64,000 nucleotides of DNA from Octopus sinensis. Taxonomy: Eukaryota. Position 1 is the stretch's first letter; each line of letters begins with the position of its first letter. The position numbers and the translations under genes were made by a program. Below are positions 63,760 to 64,000 of this stretch, in pieces. The notes below the pieces were generated by a model. It was not told the origin of the DNA, ran no database searches, and saw nothing but the letters and a program-made list of their open reading frames with translations. Where the stretch lies: the NCBI RefSeq assembly GCF_006345805.1, contig NC_043005.1, positions 88,784,001 to 88,848,000 on the forward strand. Direction: 5' to 3'.

Positions 63760-63913
63760 CTAAGCAATAAAGGGTTTGGCAACGAATTGCCTTACCACAT
63801 ACCGAATTTAGAAATAGCAGTCAAAGAGTTATAGCTATTTCTTATGCCGAAGACTACTTGGTGTAATTGATAATTATTCCAAATTAATTAATTTCACCCT
63901 TCATTATTACGGA

Positions 63914-63962
<49 letters not shown>

Positions 63963-64000
63963 TCAAAATAAGCAACAAGAATGACTCCGGAGTCATTGTT

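Overview
AT-rich, microsatellite- and transposon-dense metazoan DNA. The SINE and RTE repeat types look like octopus/cephalopod, which is an inference. Host-gene content is small. (1) Four internal exons of an SLC22-type organic cation/anion transporter lie on the minus strand (59730-59884, 53383-53554, 52302-52515, 42394-42620). The third has a +1 frameshift inside the ESPRW motif, and I could not find the 3' exons. (2) Two decayed exons of an FMNL-type formin lie on the plus strand (21220-21387, 22686-22776), with an RTE LINE sitting where the first exon's splice acceptor should be. (3) A CpG-rich stretch at about 11.8-13.7 kb may be a promoter. The rest is mobile DNA: RTE, R4/Dong-like, CR1/L2-like and CRE-like non-LTR elements, Penelope-like elements (PLEs; one near-intact Neptune-type copy), mariner/Tc1/maT and hAT relics, tRNA-SINEs and many fold-back repeats. 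The most notable signal is a set of hammerhead-ribozyme motifs inside short repeats: an intact one downstream of a tRNA-SINE head (61680-61725), a 360-bp retrozyme-like tandem unit with a fold-back at the ribozyme (45147-45872), and a recurring core variant with U at position 6. All alignments and foldings were done by eye, so most repeat boundaries are approximate.
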